64,000 bases of DNA from a phage. The position numbers and the translations under genes were made by a program. The stretch lies in NCBI GenBank assembly GCA_009015555.1, contig GCA_009015555.1_3613.1; one strand, 5' to 3'. The notes beneath the pieces are model-generated. The model ran no database searches. It saw only the letters and a list, made by a program, of their open reading frames with translations, and was not told the origin of the DNA. This document shows positions 25,817 to 34,982 of the stretch, piece by piece (positions within the stretch are counted from its first letter, which is position 1; every line of letters begins with the position of its first letter).

Positions 25817-25898
25817 CATTAATGCTCATTAGCTCTTGTCAGTGGAACTCGAACCCTTAGAGCAGGCGACACAGACGTGTGTTTTAGTGAGCATCAAT

Positions 25899-25974
25899 GT
25901 GGCCTTAATTCAGCAGGTAGAATCCCCGGTTGTGAACCGGGCAGTCGTGGGTTCAAGTCCCACAGGTCACCCCA
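25899..25974 (+). tRNA. tRNA-His (anticodon GTG)
   Basis: Acceptor gtggcct/aggtcac, anticodon stem cccgg/ccggg, loop ttgtgaa, T-loop ttcaagt, CCA. Confidence 0.75.
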
Positions 25975-25978
25975 ATCT

Positions 25979-26071
25979 GGAAGATAGGGCGTAGTGGTAC
26001 GCACCCGGATTTGAACCCCGGCCCGCTGTGGCGACCCCACGGTGATAGTTCGACTCTATTATCTTCCGCCA
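25979..26071 (+). tRNA. tRNA-Ser (anticodon TGA), long variable arm
   Basis: Acceptor ggaagat/atcttcc, anticodon loop tttgaac, long variable arm, T-loop ttcgact, CCA. Confidence 0.65.
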
Positions 26072-26092
26072 CCCCTGATCATAAGGCAAACT

Positions 26093-26785
26093 ATGTTAGA
26101 AATGTTAACAGTGGGTAAATACACCCCTAGTCCTATAATTTCTAGCCCTATGGATGCTTATTTTGAGGGCGAGAGGAATAATAAATACGGCACTGTTGAG
26201 TGGGTTGTTCCTCAAGGCGTCACCTCAATCTGCTGTGTAGTGATAGGCGCAGGATCTTCTGGCAGAAGCGGCGGTCTTTCTTGGAGAAACAACATTCCAG
26301 TTACACCTGGTGAAAAACTTAAAATGCAGGTTAACTCCACAGCCAGCGCCCTCTTGAGAGAGACAACTATCCTTTGTGCTGCCCAGTGTGGCGGCAACGG
26401 AGGAAAAACATATAACTCTGTGAACGACGGTGGAGGCAATGCTGGACAATCACCACATGGTAGAGGTGGTGCTGGCGGCTACACCGGGAATGGTGGTGAT
26501 GGGCATACGTTCACAGGTGGTCCAGGACCAGGGTCCCCAGGTTCAGGTGGCGGCGGCGGCGGAGGCGCAGTTGTGTATCTGAACGGATCATTGACACCAA
26601 CTGTCTGCGGCGGAGTCGGCATGTATGGACAGGGGTCGAATGGTGGCGCTGATAACAGCGCCGGATATCCAGGCTCCGGCGGTTCTGGAACAAGATACGG
26701 AAGAGCAGTCGATGGTTATGGTGTTGTCAGGGTTGTGTGGGGAAATTATTCATTCCCAACAAATGCCCCGAGACCGAAATCCTGA
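26093..26785 (+). CDS. glycine-rich hypothetical protein (~230 aa) embedded in tRNA array
   Basis: Start taken at MLEMLTVGKY (track ORF start at 26042 lies inside tRNA-Ser); Gly-rich GGxGG runs and C-terminal GYGVVRVVWG. Confidence 0.5.
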   Translation: MLEMLTVGKYTPSPIISSPMDAYFEGERNNKYGTVEWVVPQGVTSICCVVIGAGSSGRSGGLSWRNNIPVTPGEKLKMQVNSTASALLRETTILCAAQCGGNGGKTYNSVNDGGGNAGQSPHGRGGAGGYTGNGGDGHTFTGGPGPGSPGSGGGGGGGAVVYLNGSLTPTVCGGVGMYGQGSNGGADNSAGYPGSGGSGTRYGRAVDGYGVVRVVWGNYSFPTNAPRPKS

Positions 26786-26856
26786 TAGGGATGGTCCCTA
26801 CGAGGATCGTCTTTTGCTCAGTGGTACTCAGCATTTACTTAGTATTCAAACAATAT

Positions 26857-26943
26857 AGAAGAGTGGCGAAATAGGTAGCCGCACCGGACTGCTAATCCGG
26901 GGTCCTTCGGGGCCTGAGAGTTCAAGTCTCTCCTCTTCTGCCA
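26857..26943 (+). tRNA. tRNA-Ser (anticodon GCT), long variable arm
   Basis: Acceptor agaagag/ctcttct, anticodon stem ccgga/tccgg, loop ctgctaa, T-loop ttcaagt, CCA. Confidence 0.75.
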
Positions 26944-26948
26944 AGCAT

Positions 26949-27024
26949 GGAACTGTAGCTCAGTTGGTAGAGCGGTTGCCTGAAGAGCAGCGCGTCAGCG
27001 GTTCAAATCCGTTCAGTTCCACCA
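26949..27024 (+). tRNA. tRNA-Phe (anticodon GAA)
   Basis: Acceptor ggaactg/cagttcc, D-arm gctc-agttggtaga-gagc, anticodon loop ctgaaga, T-loop ttcaaat, CCA. Confidence 0.8.
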
Positions 27025-27066
27025 CATTCTAACAAGAATAAAATATCTCCTCTCCTTCGCCTCAGT

Positions 27067-27091
27067 GCCCTCCTTCGTGGAGGGCTTTTTT
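27067..27091 (+). terminator. Rho-independent terminator closing the tRNA array
   Basis: gccctcc-ttcgt-ggagggc hairpin followed by tttttt. Confidence 0.65.
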
Positions 27092-27130
27092 ATTTCTGGT
27101 TTCGGTGATAAAATACCCAAAGGAGGTATT

Positions 27131-27502
27131 ATGACAACTTTCATATTGAAGTACAAGAAGTACCTGATCGGCATCGGGGTCGCGGCCCTTCTGCTGTTCT
27201 CCTTTAATTGGTATGTCGGCACCAAGGAGGATGCGGCTTATGACCGTGGCTTTCAGTATGCAAACACCCAGTGGGAGAAAAAGGGAAAAGAGTACGTTGA
27301 TCTTATCGACAAAGGTAAGGCTGACAACACGGCTCTTAATGAAGAACTGGCTCGGGTATCTGAGGAAAAGCGTAAGCTGGAAGAAGCCCGCCGTCATAAT
27401 GTAAACGACAAACAGGTCGAATACAACAAAACTGAAGCCGCCCGGAAGAAAGGGTTGGACGATGACTTTGTGGATCTGTACAACGAATCCTTGGGGGACT
27501 GA
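27131..27502 (+). CDS. i-spanin-like (Rz-like) inner-membrane lysis protein
   Basis: AAAGGAGG RBS; N-terminal TM helix LIGIGVAALLLFSF then charged coiled-coil region. Confidence 0.58.
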   Translation: MTTFILKYKKYLIGIGVAALLLFSFNWYVGTKEDAAYDRGFQYANTQWEKKGKEYVDLIDKGKADNTALNEELARVSEEKRKLEEARRHNVNDKQVEYNKTEAARKKGLDDDFVDLYNESLGD

Positions 27503-27816
27503 TGAGAAAATTTATTCTCGGAATGTTCATGGTTCTGGCACTGTCAGCGTGCAGCAACAAAGACAGAATCCCAGAGGTTGCCTTCAAGGGCACCACGGTA
27601 GAAGACCTTGTAGATAAGCCGGACCGAGAGCTAATGCGTAAGGCTCCACCAAAGCAGTACCTCAAGAAAGGTACAGACAACGGTGAAGGCGCGGTTGTTA
27701 TAAGTAACAACAACTTGCGGGCAGCGACAGTCGAGCGCAGGCTCGAAGACCTCCAGCAATACGTCTGCAACCTCTTCCAAGACCCAGTTGGGGAAGTCTG
27801 CGTAAAGGGTAAGTGA
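27502..27816 (+). CDS. o-spanin-like (Rz1-like) outer-membrane lipoprotein
   Basis: Lipobox LALSAC after signal peptide; ATGA overlap with upstream i-spanin-like gene. Confidence 0.62.
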   Translation: MRKFILGMFMVLALSACSNKDRIPEVAFKGTTVEDLVDKPDRELMRKAPPKQYLKKGTDNGEGAVVISNNNLRAATVERRLEDLQQYVCNLFQDPVGEVCVKGK

Positions 27817-27824
27817 TTGTGCCA

Positions 27825-27858
27825 AAAGGCTCTCCATACGTGGAGGGCCTTTTCTTTT
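27825..27858 (+). terminator. Terminator-like hairpin with T-run
   Basis: ggctctcca-tacg-tggagggcc followed by ttttctttt; lies inside the TTG-initiated track ORF, supporting the later terminase start. Confidence 0.5.
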
Positions 27859-27921
27859 AGGTCACTTTGTGATAATATACCTACTATCGAAGCATGTCAA
27901 TTTATTTATTCAGGAGAGTTA

Positions 27922-29409
27922 ATGTCCGCTACATTCGCACCCGCGAGTCGTAAGCAACAGATGGTTCTCGAATCTAAAGCACAGATCCTCATCATGGGTG
28001 GCGCAGCAGGCTCCGGCAAATCTTACCTGCTCCAGTTGATGCCCCTGTTGATCATTGATGATCCTCGTACAGCTTGCATCATGTTCCGCCGTACAGTGCC
28101 TCAGATTCGTGGTCAGGGCGGTCTGTTCGACAAAGCGAAAGATATTTACAACCAGCTTCCTCCGGTCGTCAAGCCTAAGTTCAAAGAGAACGAGATGATT
28201 GCGACCTTCCCGAACGGGGCGACGGTGAAGTGGCAGTCCATGCAGCACATCAACGATAAGTATAACATCCAGGGTCTGGAATTTACTTTCATTGGTGTGG
28301 ATGAAGGGACCCAGTTTGACTGGGAACAGCTTGAGTACATGATGTCGCGTTTGCGTTCAAACTCAAAGTACCCTTCCCGTATGGTCGTATCTTGTAACCC
28401 CGACCCGGATCATAAGCTCCGGGAAATGATTGACTGGTATCTGGATGAGAATGGTCTGCCGATCCCTGAACGTGACGGAGTTATCCGTTGGTTTGTTCGT
28501 GTGGATGACAACTACATCTGGGGTTCCACCAAGGAAGAACTGAAGCAACGCTTCGGTAAGAAATGTAAGCCTGTTTCATTCAGCTTCATCTCTTCCACCA
28601 TTTACGACAACCCTCCGATGCTGATCAACAACCCGGAGTACCTTGCCCAGTTGGAAGGTCTGAACGATGTTGACCGCGCCCGCCTGCTTCACGGCAACTG
28701 GGACGCTCGCCCGGAAGGTGCAAACTATTTCAAACGTGAGTTCCTGAAAGAGGTGGATTGCCTCCCGATGAACGTCACGAAAGTCCGTGCTTACGATAAG
28801 GCAGGTACGGAGCGATCCACAGCAAACAAAACCCCTGACTTTACGGCGGGGATTGGTGTGGCCCGCGATGACGACGGATTTTATTACCTGTATGGAAACT
28901 ACCATGACGATTTCATCGACAATGGTGAGTGGTCCACTGGCACCGCCGGGCGCTTCTGTAAGAAAGCTGGCGAACGTGACGTGATTATCACGAAGCAGGC
29001 AATGCTGGACGGTGACGACACAATCGTCATTTTCTCCGTTGACCCCGGTCAGGCAGGTATCTCCGAGTTCACCACGTCATCCCGTGATCTTATCTCGAAA
29101 GGGTATATGGTAGAGAAAGACCCGACACCCGGTAACAAATCGAAGCTAACCCGCTTCTCCCCGTTTGCCCAGTTGGCACAGAACGGATTTGTCCGGATCG
29201 TTAAGAAGTCATTCCCTCTGGACACGTACAACGCATTGATGAAAGAACTTGAGTCTTTCAACGGTGAACGTTCTACCGGGTCCCGTAAGGATGACTGGGC
29301 GGATGCCGTGGCATCAGGAATTAACTTCCTGGAGAAGACCGAGGTCGTCCGCGCCGTCGCTATTCCTCGACCAAATGCCCCTACTCTGTACGCCTCACGT
29401 CGTTATTAA
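27922..29409 (+). CDS. Terminase large subunit
   Basis: Walker A GGAAGSGKS, Walker B-like FIGVDEG, nuclease-domain SCNPDPDH; RBS AGGAGA before ATG at 27922. Confidence 0.85.
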   Translation: MSATFAPASRKQQMVLESKAQILIMGGAAGSGKSYLLQLMPLLIIDDPRTACIMFRRTVPQIRGQGGLFDKAKDIYNQLPPVVKPKFKENEMIATFPNGATVKWQSMQHINDKYNIQGLEFTFIGVDEGTQFDWEQLEYMMSRLRSNSKYPSRMVVSCNPDPDHKLREMIDWYLDENGLPIPERDGVIRWFVRVDDNYIWGSTKEELKQRFGKKCKPVSFSFISSTIYDNPPMLINNPEYLAQLEGLNDVDRARLLHGNWDARPEGANYFKREFLKEVDCLPMNVTKVRAYDKAGTERSTANKTPDFTAGIGVARDDDGFYYLYGNYHDDFIDNGEWSTGTAGRFCKKAGERDVIITKQAMLDGDDTIVIFSVDPGQAGISEFTTSSRDLISKGYMVEKDPTPGNKSKLTRFSPFAQLAQNGFVRIVKKSFPLDTYNALMKELESFNGERSTGSRKDDWADAVASGINFLEKTEVVRAVAIPRPNAPTLYASRRY

Positions 29410-29427
29410 TATCACAGGGGATATGCC

Positions 29428-30951
29428 GTGTCAAGAAAACGTAATCGTAACCGCTCCGTTAAAGTGGCTAAGGCCACCAGCGAGCAACTTAACGTATCCC
29501 GTATGCGTATGAGTGAGCAAGGGACCTTTGCTCTGGCTAAGGTTCAGGTTGACTCCGAACGTATGAAGGCCGAAGAGATTCGCTGGCCCAACCTGATTGG
29601 TACAGTCGAGTCAATGAAGCAGGACGCCACCGTTGCGACGGGCCTTGACATGCTGTACACTTTCGTGGAGAAGGCGTTCAAGGATTTCAAGGTAATCCCT
29701 GGCGAATCTGAGGAGTCCAAAAAGGCTGCTAAGTTTGTTGAGTATTGCCTGAAGAACATGGAAGGTCAAACCCTTCGTCAGTTCGCCCGTGACGCCGCAA
29801 CATTCAACGAGTATGGCCTGTCAGTTGTGGAGAAAGTCTACACTCAGGTTACTGTTGGGGAATACATCGGCAAGTACAAGGTAAAGAACCTTGCTTTCCG
29901 ACCGCAGGCGTCCTTGAGCCGGACAAACCCGATTGTTTACAATGAGGACGGCTCTGCCATCATCGGTATTAAACAATCCCTATCTGCGTTCCAGAACTAC
30001 ACAGCCAGTGAGATTGGTGTTGGTGGCGTATCCACCCGCATGAGTGATGTCATTATCCCAATCAATCGTGTCATGCTGATGAACACGGGAGGCTCTTCAT
30101 CTCAGGCTCTCGGTGTCTCTCCTCTGGTAGGGTGCTACCGAGCGTGGCGTGAAAAGATTCTGATTGAGAACCTTGAGGTTGTTGGCGCAACCAAGGACAT
30201 GGGTGGTGTGATCGAATTGAAGATCCCTTCCCAGATCCTGAACAAAGCTGCAATGGACCAGTCTTCTCCTGAAGCAGAAATGGTCCGTGGCCTGATGTCT
30301 GACGCTGCAAATGCCCACTCCGGTGAGCAGTCATTCTTCATGCTGCCATCTGATACAAAGGATAACGCCCCTCAGTATTCAATGACCCTCAAGGGCATCG
30401 ACGGGATGGGTAAGCAGTACAGCACCGCACAGTTGATCAGTGACCGTAAGAAGTCAATCCTTGATCGTCTGGGCGCTGGCTTCATCAACGTGGGTAACGA
30501 CAAAGGCGGTTCTTACAACCTGTCTGAGTCCAAGCAGACTATCCACACCCAGTTTGTTCAACGTGTAAACGAGATCATTCTGGAAGCTCTGAACGAAAAC
30601 CTGCTGCCACAATTGCTGGCTCTGAACGATATGCGCCTCCCGGAGACGGAGATGCCATACGTCAAGGCTGGGGAAATCGTGGACGTGGACATGGAAGGTT
30701 TCTCCAAGGCGATTCAGCGTATTGGTGCCGTTGGATACCTGCCGAAAACTCCGAAGGTTATCAACCGTGTACTGGAAGTTCTGGGCATTGATGAGAAGAT
30801 TGAGGAAGACATTTCTCAGGAAGAACTCATGAAGCTGTTGGGTGAAGATACGAGCCGCGCCGGAGACGGCATGACGAAAGGATCTTCTGGTAACGGTACT
30901 GGCAAAATCTCTTCCACAAGAGATAATTCAGCGGCTAATTTGGATAATTAA
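29428..30951 (+). CDS. Portal protein (putative; GTG start)
   Basis: ~500-aa ORF immediately after large terminase, size and position typical of portal. Confidence 0.65.
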   Translation: MSRKRNRNRSVKVAKATSEQLNVSRMRMSEQGTFALAKVQVDSERMKAEEIRWPNLIGTVESMKQDATVATGLDMLYTFVEKAFKDFKVIPGESEESKKAAKFVEYCLKNMEGQTLRQFARDAATFNEYGLSVVEKVYTQVTVGEYIGKYKVKNLAFRPQASLSRTNPIVYNEDGSAIIGIKQSLSAFQNYTASEIGVGGVSTRMSDVIIPINRVMLMNTGGSSSQALGVSPLVGCYRAWREKILIENLEVVGATKDMGGVIELKIPSQILNKAAMDQSSPEAEMVRGLMSDAANAHSGEQSFFMLPSDTKDNAPQYSMTLKGIDGMGKQYSTAQLISDRKKSILDRLGAGFINVGNDKGGSYNLSESKQTIHTQFVQRVNEIILEALNENLLPQLLALNDMRLPETEMPYVKAGEIVDVDMEGFSKAIQRIGAVGYLPKTPKVINRVLEVLGIDEKIEEDISQEELMKLLGEDTSRAGDGMTKGSSGNGTGKISSTRDNSAANLDN

Positions 30952-31020
30952 TCCGGTCGTGAAAACAACCTGTTGCAAAACAGTCAGTTCAGTGCTAAAA
31001 TAATTATCACGGGAGCAATG

Positions 31021-31596
31021 ATGGAAAACATTACCCTTTCCGACCTTCCTTCACAAACTAATCTGACTCGAATCCAAAAGAGTCGGTTTGTGAAAAAGGC
31101 CAACGACCTGTTGAAGCAGGGCTTTAATAAAGCTGCTGCCGTTAACGGGGCCGTTGGCTCCGTCCTCGTCCAGAAAGCCGCTGGTGAAGAAGAGATGATT
31201 TCTTATGAGATCATCTACGAACCTGACACCCCGGACCTTCACGGACAGTGGATGTCGAAAGAGACCTTGGTAAAGGCTCAACAGGATTTCAAAAAGGCTC
31301 AGGAACTCGGTGCTGTCACGGAGAACCTGTATCACCTTTTCGACACCGACTCTTGGAAAATCGTTGACCACTGGATTCAACCAGAGTTCGACGTTAATGT
31401 AGCGCAAACTGGCGAAGTAATCAAGGCCGGATCTTGGGTTGCAAAAGTTCAGTACACCCCTGAGACATGGGAGTTGAAGAAGGCCGGACTTATCGGTGGC
31501 CTGTCACTTCAGTGCGGCGGAATGCTGAACGAAGAGACGAATGAACTTTCCGAACTGGACTTCAGTATTTCACTCGAAGAAGAGGAAGCCAAATGA
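31021..31596 (+). CDS. head morphogenesis protein (possible prohead protease or scaffold-associated)
   Basis: Position between portal and scaffold-like gene; no catalytic motif confirmed. Confidence 0.35.
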   Translation: MENITLSDLPSQTNLTRIQKSRFVKKANDLLKQGFNKAAAVNGAVGSVLVQKAAGEEEMISYEIIYEPDTPDLHGQWMSKETLVKAQQDFKKAQELGAVTENLYHLFDTDSWKIVDHWIQPEFDVNVAQTGEVIKAGSWVAKVQYTPETWELKKAGLIGGLSLQCGGMLNEETNELSELDFSISLEEEEAK

Positions 31597-32702
31597 TCAA
31601 GACGTGGATCGAGAAAGGTCGCCAGATTAAATCTCGCGGCATTGCTCTCACTCACCGAGATCAGGGCTACAGCGCGAATAACCGCCACGTCAGCCTCCTG
31701 ACCAAATCCGAAGTTGACCCTGAGAAACTCACGGTTGACATCATCAAATCTCTCGAACAGGTCCAACTCACCATTTCTATGGAAGAGTACCTGCGCCGCT
31801 TCTTCCACCTGTGGAGTGGAGATGCAGAGTTGCTCACCAAAGTGCTGGGCATGAAGACCGAGTTCGAACAGTCCATCGAAGACAACCCGCCGGATGATGA
31901 TTCCTGGGAAGCAGAATGGAATGAGCGCCACCAAGAATACTTGGAACAGAAGCTCTCCTCTGTCACCCTTATCAAGAAAGCGAAGGCTGGCGATGAACTG
32001 TCACTGCTTGAACAGTTTGAACTTATCAAGGCCCGTAAGGACTTCGAAGAAGGTTGCCGTGACCTCGGCATCGACTTCGGTGATGATTCAACTGTAGTCA
32101 AACCCGCCACTGAAGTCAAGCCTGTTGTGGAAACGCAAAAGTCTGTGACTCCTGTAGCGCCAACTGAAAGCTCCGCTGGAGCGACTATCAAACCCGACGA
32201 GGAGATTCCCGTGGAGAAAGAAGTTGATGTAACCAAATCCCAGCAGTTCATTGACCTGATGAAGGCCAACGAAGCTCTGGTGGCGCAGATGAAATCTATG
32301 GAAGGCACTCTTACCGCTGCCCAAGAGATCGTCAAGTCCCAAGCTGCTGCTAAACGTGCAATCGCCGTTGAGAAAGCCGCTGGCTTTAGCTTCGTAGCTG
32401 CTGACCAGCGCGATGTTGTTGCTGACGTTATCGAAAACCCGGCGCAGGCTGTTCTGGTGGCTGTACTGGAAAAAGCTGCTGCTGATCTGAAAGCGAAAGA
32501 CGAAGCTCTGGCTGCTAAAGATCTGGAGATCGAAGAAGTTAAAAAATCCTTCGCAAATGGCAAAGAAGTCGGTGCTGATGGCACTCTGACTGAAGTAGCC
32601 AAAGGTTCCGAAGATGCACAGGCCCGCCTGGACCGTGTGATCAAAGAACGCGCTGCGGAACTGGCGAAAGCCGCTAAATCCGCTGAATTTATTAACGCCT
32701 AA
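31593..32702 (+). CDS. scaffolding-like protein (Ala/Glu/Lys-rich, coiled-coil)
   Basis: Low-complexity acidic coiled-coil sequence upstream of capsid gene. Confidence 0.5.
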   Translation: MIKTWIEKGRQIKSRGIALTHRDQGYSANNRHVSLLTKSEVDPEKLTVDIIKSLEQVQLTISMEEYLRRFFHLWSGDAELLTKVLGMKTEFEQSIEDNPPDDDSWEAEWNERHQEYLEQKLSSVTLIKKAKAGDELSLLEQFELIKARKDFEEGCRDLGIDFGDDSTVVKPATEVKPVVETQKSVTPVAPTESSAGATIKPDEEIPVEKEVDVTKSQQFIDLMKANEALVAQMKSMEGTLTAAQEIVKSQAAAKRAIAVEKAAGFSFVAADQRDVVADVIENPAQAVLVAVLEKAAADLKAKDEALAAKDLEIEEVKKSFANGKEVGADGTLTEVAKGSEDAQARLDRVIKERAAELAKAAKSAEFINA

Positions 32703-32719
32703 TCTGGAGAACCTGACAA

Positions 32720-33169
32720 ATGGCTAAAGCACACGTTGCTACTCTCGAAGGTAACTACTCTGACATCGTTCTGGGCCGTGTTGTCGCTTTCGGCGATACT
32801 GGTTGGAACTTCAAAGAAGTGGACATGACCTTCATCGCATCTGATGCGGATGCAGATTCCAAAACTGCTCTGTTCGCTGGTATGCTGGTTGGCGAAGATG
32901 GAACCCCTGCTACTGCGGCTGATGGCGTCTTCGGCGTTCTGGTTGACCGTAAGGTTCTGCCGGGCGTTGACCACTACATCGGCGTTTTCGAACCGGGCGA
33001 AAAAGTCCCTATGGTTCTCGCTGTTCGCGGCCTGACCCTGAACCAGTTGAAACTGAAGTATGCTGACGGCTCTGACATTGATGCTGCTGGCATTAAAGCT
33101 CTGGAAGCCCAAGGTAACCAGGTAACTGATAAGATTGTCGGCACCCAGTTCATCGGTTCCGTACTGTAA
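32720..33169 (+). CDS. head decoration-like / hypothetical protein (149 aa)
   Basis: Small gene immediately upstream of putative major capsid gene. Confidence 0.35.
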   Translation: MAKAHVATLEGNYSDIVLGRVVAFGDTGWNFKEVDMTFIASDADADSKTALFAGMLVGEDGTPATAADGVFGVLVDRKVLPGVDHYIGVFEPGEKVPMVLAVRGLTLNQLKLKYADGSDIDAAGIKALEAQGNQVTDKIVGTQFIGSVL

Positions 33170-33188
33170 TTTAACAGGAGATATTTAA

Positions 33189-34187
33189 ATGCAAAACGGC
33201 GATTTCCAGATTCTCGACTACACTGGCCTGATCTCTACCATGCCACGTGTGGACACTCTGCTTCAGAGCATGAACCTGTTCACCGAACATTTCGGTCGTA
33301 CCACTGTTGCCCGTATCGAACGTCTGGATGACGGCGCTGGTGACATCAAGGCTGTTCAGCGTGGCGGTGTGCGTCAGCACCTGGCTAACGATCGTAAAAA
33401 GATCGTCAACCTGAACATCCCGTTCTTCCCTCTGGACCGTTCCATCGACCGTGCAGACATTCAGAACTTCCGTGAGTTCGGAACTGAGAATGCCCCTGCA
33501 ACTGTTGATGCGGAAGTTCAGCGTCACATGGCACGTATTCGTCGTAGCCACGCGATCCTGAAGTCCAAGGCCATGTATGCTGCCCTGAAGGGCACCTCTT
33601 GGTCTCCGGATGACCCGGTTTCTGACTACAACTACTACGAAGTTTGGGGCGCAACTCAGCAGACTGCTGACGTTGACTTCACCAAGCTGGGCGTAGACCC
33701 GATTGAAGTCCTGGAAGCTGAAGCACGTGCTCACATCATCGACTGGGCTGGCGACAACGGTGACAACTACGAGATCGTCGTTCTGGCGTCCCGTCAGTGG
33801 TTCTCCGCGCTGATCGCTCACCCGCAGGTGACTGGTGCGTACTCTCAGTACCCGTCAACTCAGGAAATGCTGCGTCGTCGTCTGGGCGGTAACGCTAACA
33901 ACCGTATCTTCGAGCACAAGAACATCCTGTTCATCGAAGACATTTCCGGGAACATCCCGGCGGGTGAAGCGTACATCTTCCCACGTGGTATCTCTCGTAT
34001 GTTCGAGATCTACTACGCGCCGAGCGACACCCTGCGTGACGCTAACCAGGTGGCTCAAGAACTGTACGTGTTCTTCAAAGAGTCCAACTACCTGCGTGAA
34101 GCGAAGATCGAGTCTGAGACTTCCTTCCTGACTGTGAACAACCGTCCTGAACTGGTTGTTAAGTCCACAGGTAAGTTCACTGCATAA
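33189..34187 (+). CDS. Major capsid protein (putative)
   Basis: 332-aa ORF with strong RBS, followed by strong terminator; position after scaffold/decoration genes. Confidence 0.6.
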   Translation: MQNGDFQILDYTGLISTMPRVDTLLQSMNLFTEHFGRTTVARIERLDDGAGDIKAVQRGGVRQHLANDRKKIVNLNIPFFPLDRSIDRADIQNFREFGTENAPATVDAEVQRHMARIRRSHAILKSKAMYAALKGTSWSPDDPVSDYNYYEVWGATQQTADVDFTKLGVDPIEVLEAEARAHIIDWAGDNGDNYEIVVLASRQWFSALIAHPQVTGAYSQYPSTQEMLRRRLGGNANNRIFEHKNILFIEDISGNIPAGEAYIFPRGISRMFEIYYAPSDTLRDANQVAQELYVFFKESNYLREAKIESETSFLTVNNRPELVVKSTGKFTA

Positions 34188-34189
34188 TT

Positions 34190-34222
34190 GGAAAAGGTCA
34201 CCCTCGGGTGGCCTTTTTTATT
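34190..34222 (+). terminator. Rho-independent terminator after capsid gene
   Basis: aaggtcaccctcgggtggcctt hairpin followed by ttttatt. Confidence 0.65.
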
Positions 34223-34307
34223 GACTGCGGTATAACTGTACATTTTAAGCAAAATAGTGTACCATTGTAAGATAGGCTTTTGATTATCAACGAAGGAGTA
34301 TCCTATA

Positions 34308-34922
34308 ATGGCACAACCTCATCTGGAAGTGTTCCAGAGCGAATACCACATGCTCAAGTTCTTCGGTCAATACCTGCCGAAACTGGACGTTGACGCATCT
34401 GCCCGCCTGGCACCGTTCCTGTATTCCTATGACAACGAACTGGTGATGGGCCGAAACCTTTATGAGTTCCTGAACCAGATTGAAGCGATGACCGCACTGG
34501 GCATCAATACGATCGCATCTGTTCAGAAAGGTGCTGCATTCCTCGTCTTCTTCGACGAGACCCCTAAGTCTCCAGAGAAGTTCTTGGCTAACATCGGTGA
34601 GATCAAGGCGGCTCGCGCCAACGTGATCCCAGAAGATGTTGAGACCGAGGTGGAATCACCACTGTCCTCTCTGGTACAAACAACTGTAATTGATCCTACG
34701 CCGGAAGTCAAGGAAGAAGTGAAGGAAGAAGAAAAATCTGCTTCTGCCCGCACTGACGAACAAAAGGCAGAGATCCTCGCTCATGCAGAAACCCTGCGTG
34801 ACGACACCAAAAAAGCGGCTGCTAAGGCTGCGCTGGAATCCTACGCTTTGACTATGGAGATCTCTCTGAGCAAGGCTAAGACTTTTGACGCAATGTTGGA
34901 AGACCTGAAAGCTGCACTGTAA
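34308..34922 (+). CDS. hypothetical protein (204 aa)
   Basis: ORF with RBS; acidic C-terminal half. Confidence 0.45.
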   Translation: MAQPHLEVFQSEYHMLKFFGQYLPKLDVDASARLAPFLYSYDNELVMGRNLYEFLNQIEAMTALGINTIASVQKGAAFLVFFDETPKSPEKFLANIGEIKAARANVIPEDVETEVESPLSSLVQTTVIDPTPEVKEEVKEEEKSASARTDEQKAEILAHAETLRDDTKKAAAKAALESYALTMEISLSKAKTFDAMLEDLKAAL

Positions 34923-34982
34923 TTCCCTCCGGCCCCCGTGCGGGGCCATCCTCCTCCAATCCCGCCTCCGGAGAAGCAAGTA

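Noticed and set aside
26042-26092. Track start of the Gly-rich ORF at 26042
   Set aside because: The first 51 nt overlap the 3' end of tRNA-Ser(TGA); the internal ATG at 26093 is the more plausible start
27817-27921. TTG-initiated N-terminal extension of the terminase ORF
   Set aside because: The extension overlaps a terminator hairpin (27825-27858) and lacks an RBS; ATG at 27922 has an AGGAGA RBS and places Walker A near the N-terminus
31667-32644. 325-aa minus-strand ORF inside the scaffold-like gene
   Set aside because: Antisense low-complexity Ala/Ser-rich translation of an Ala/Glu-rich plus-strand gene
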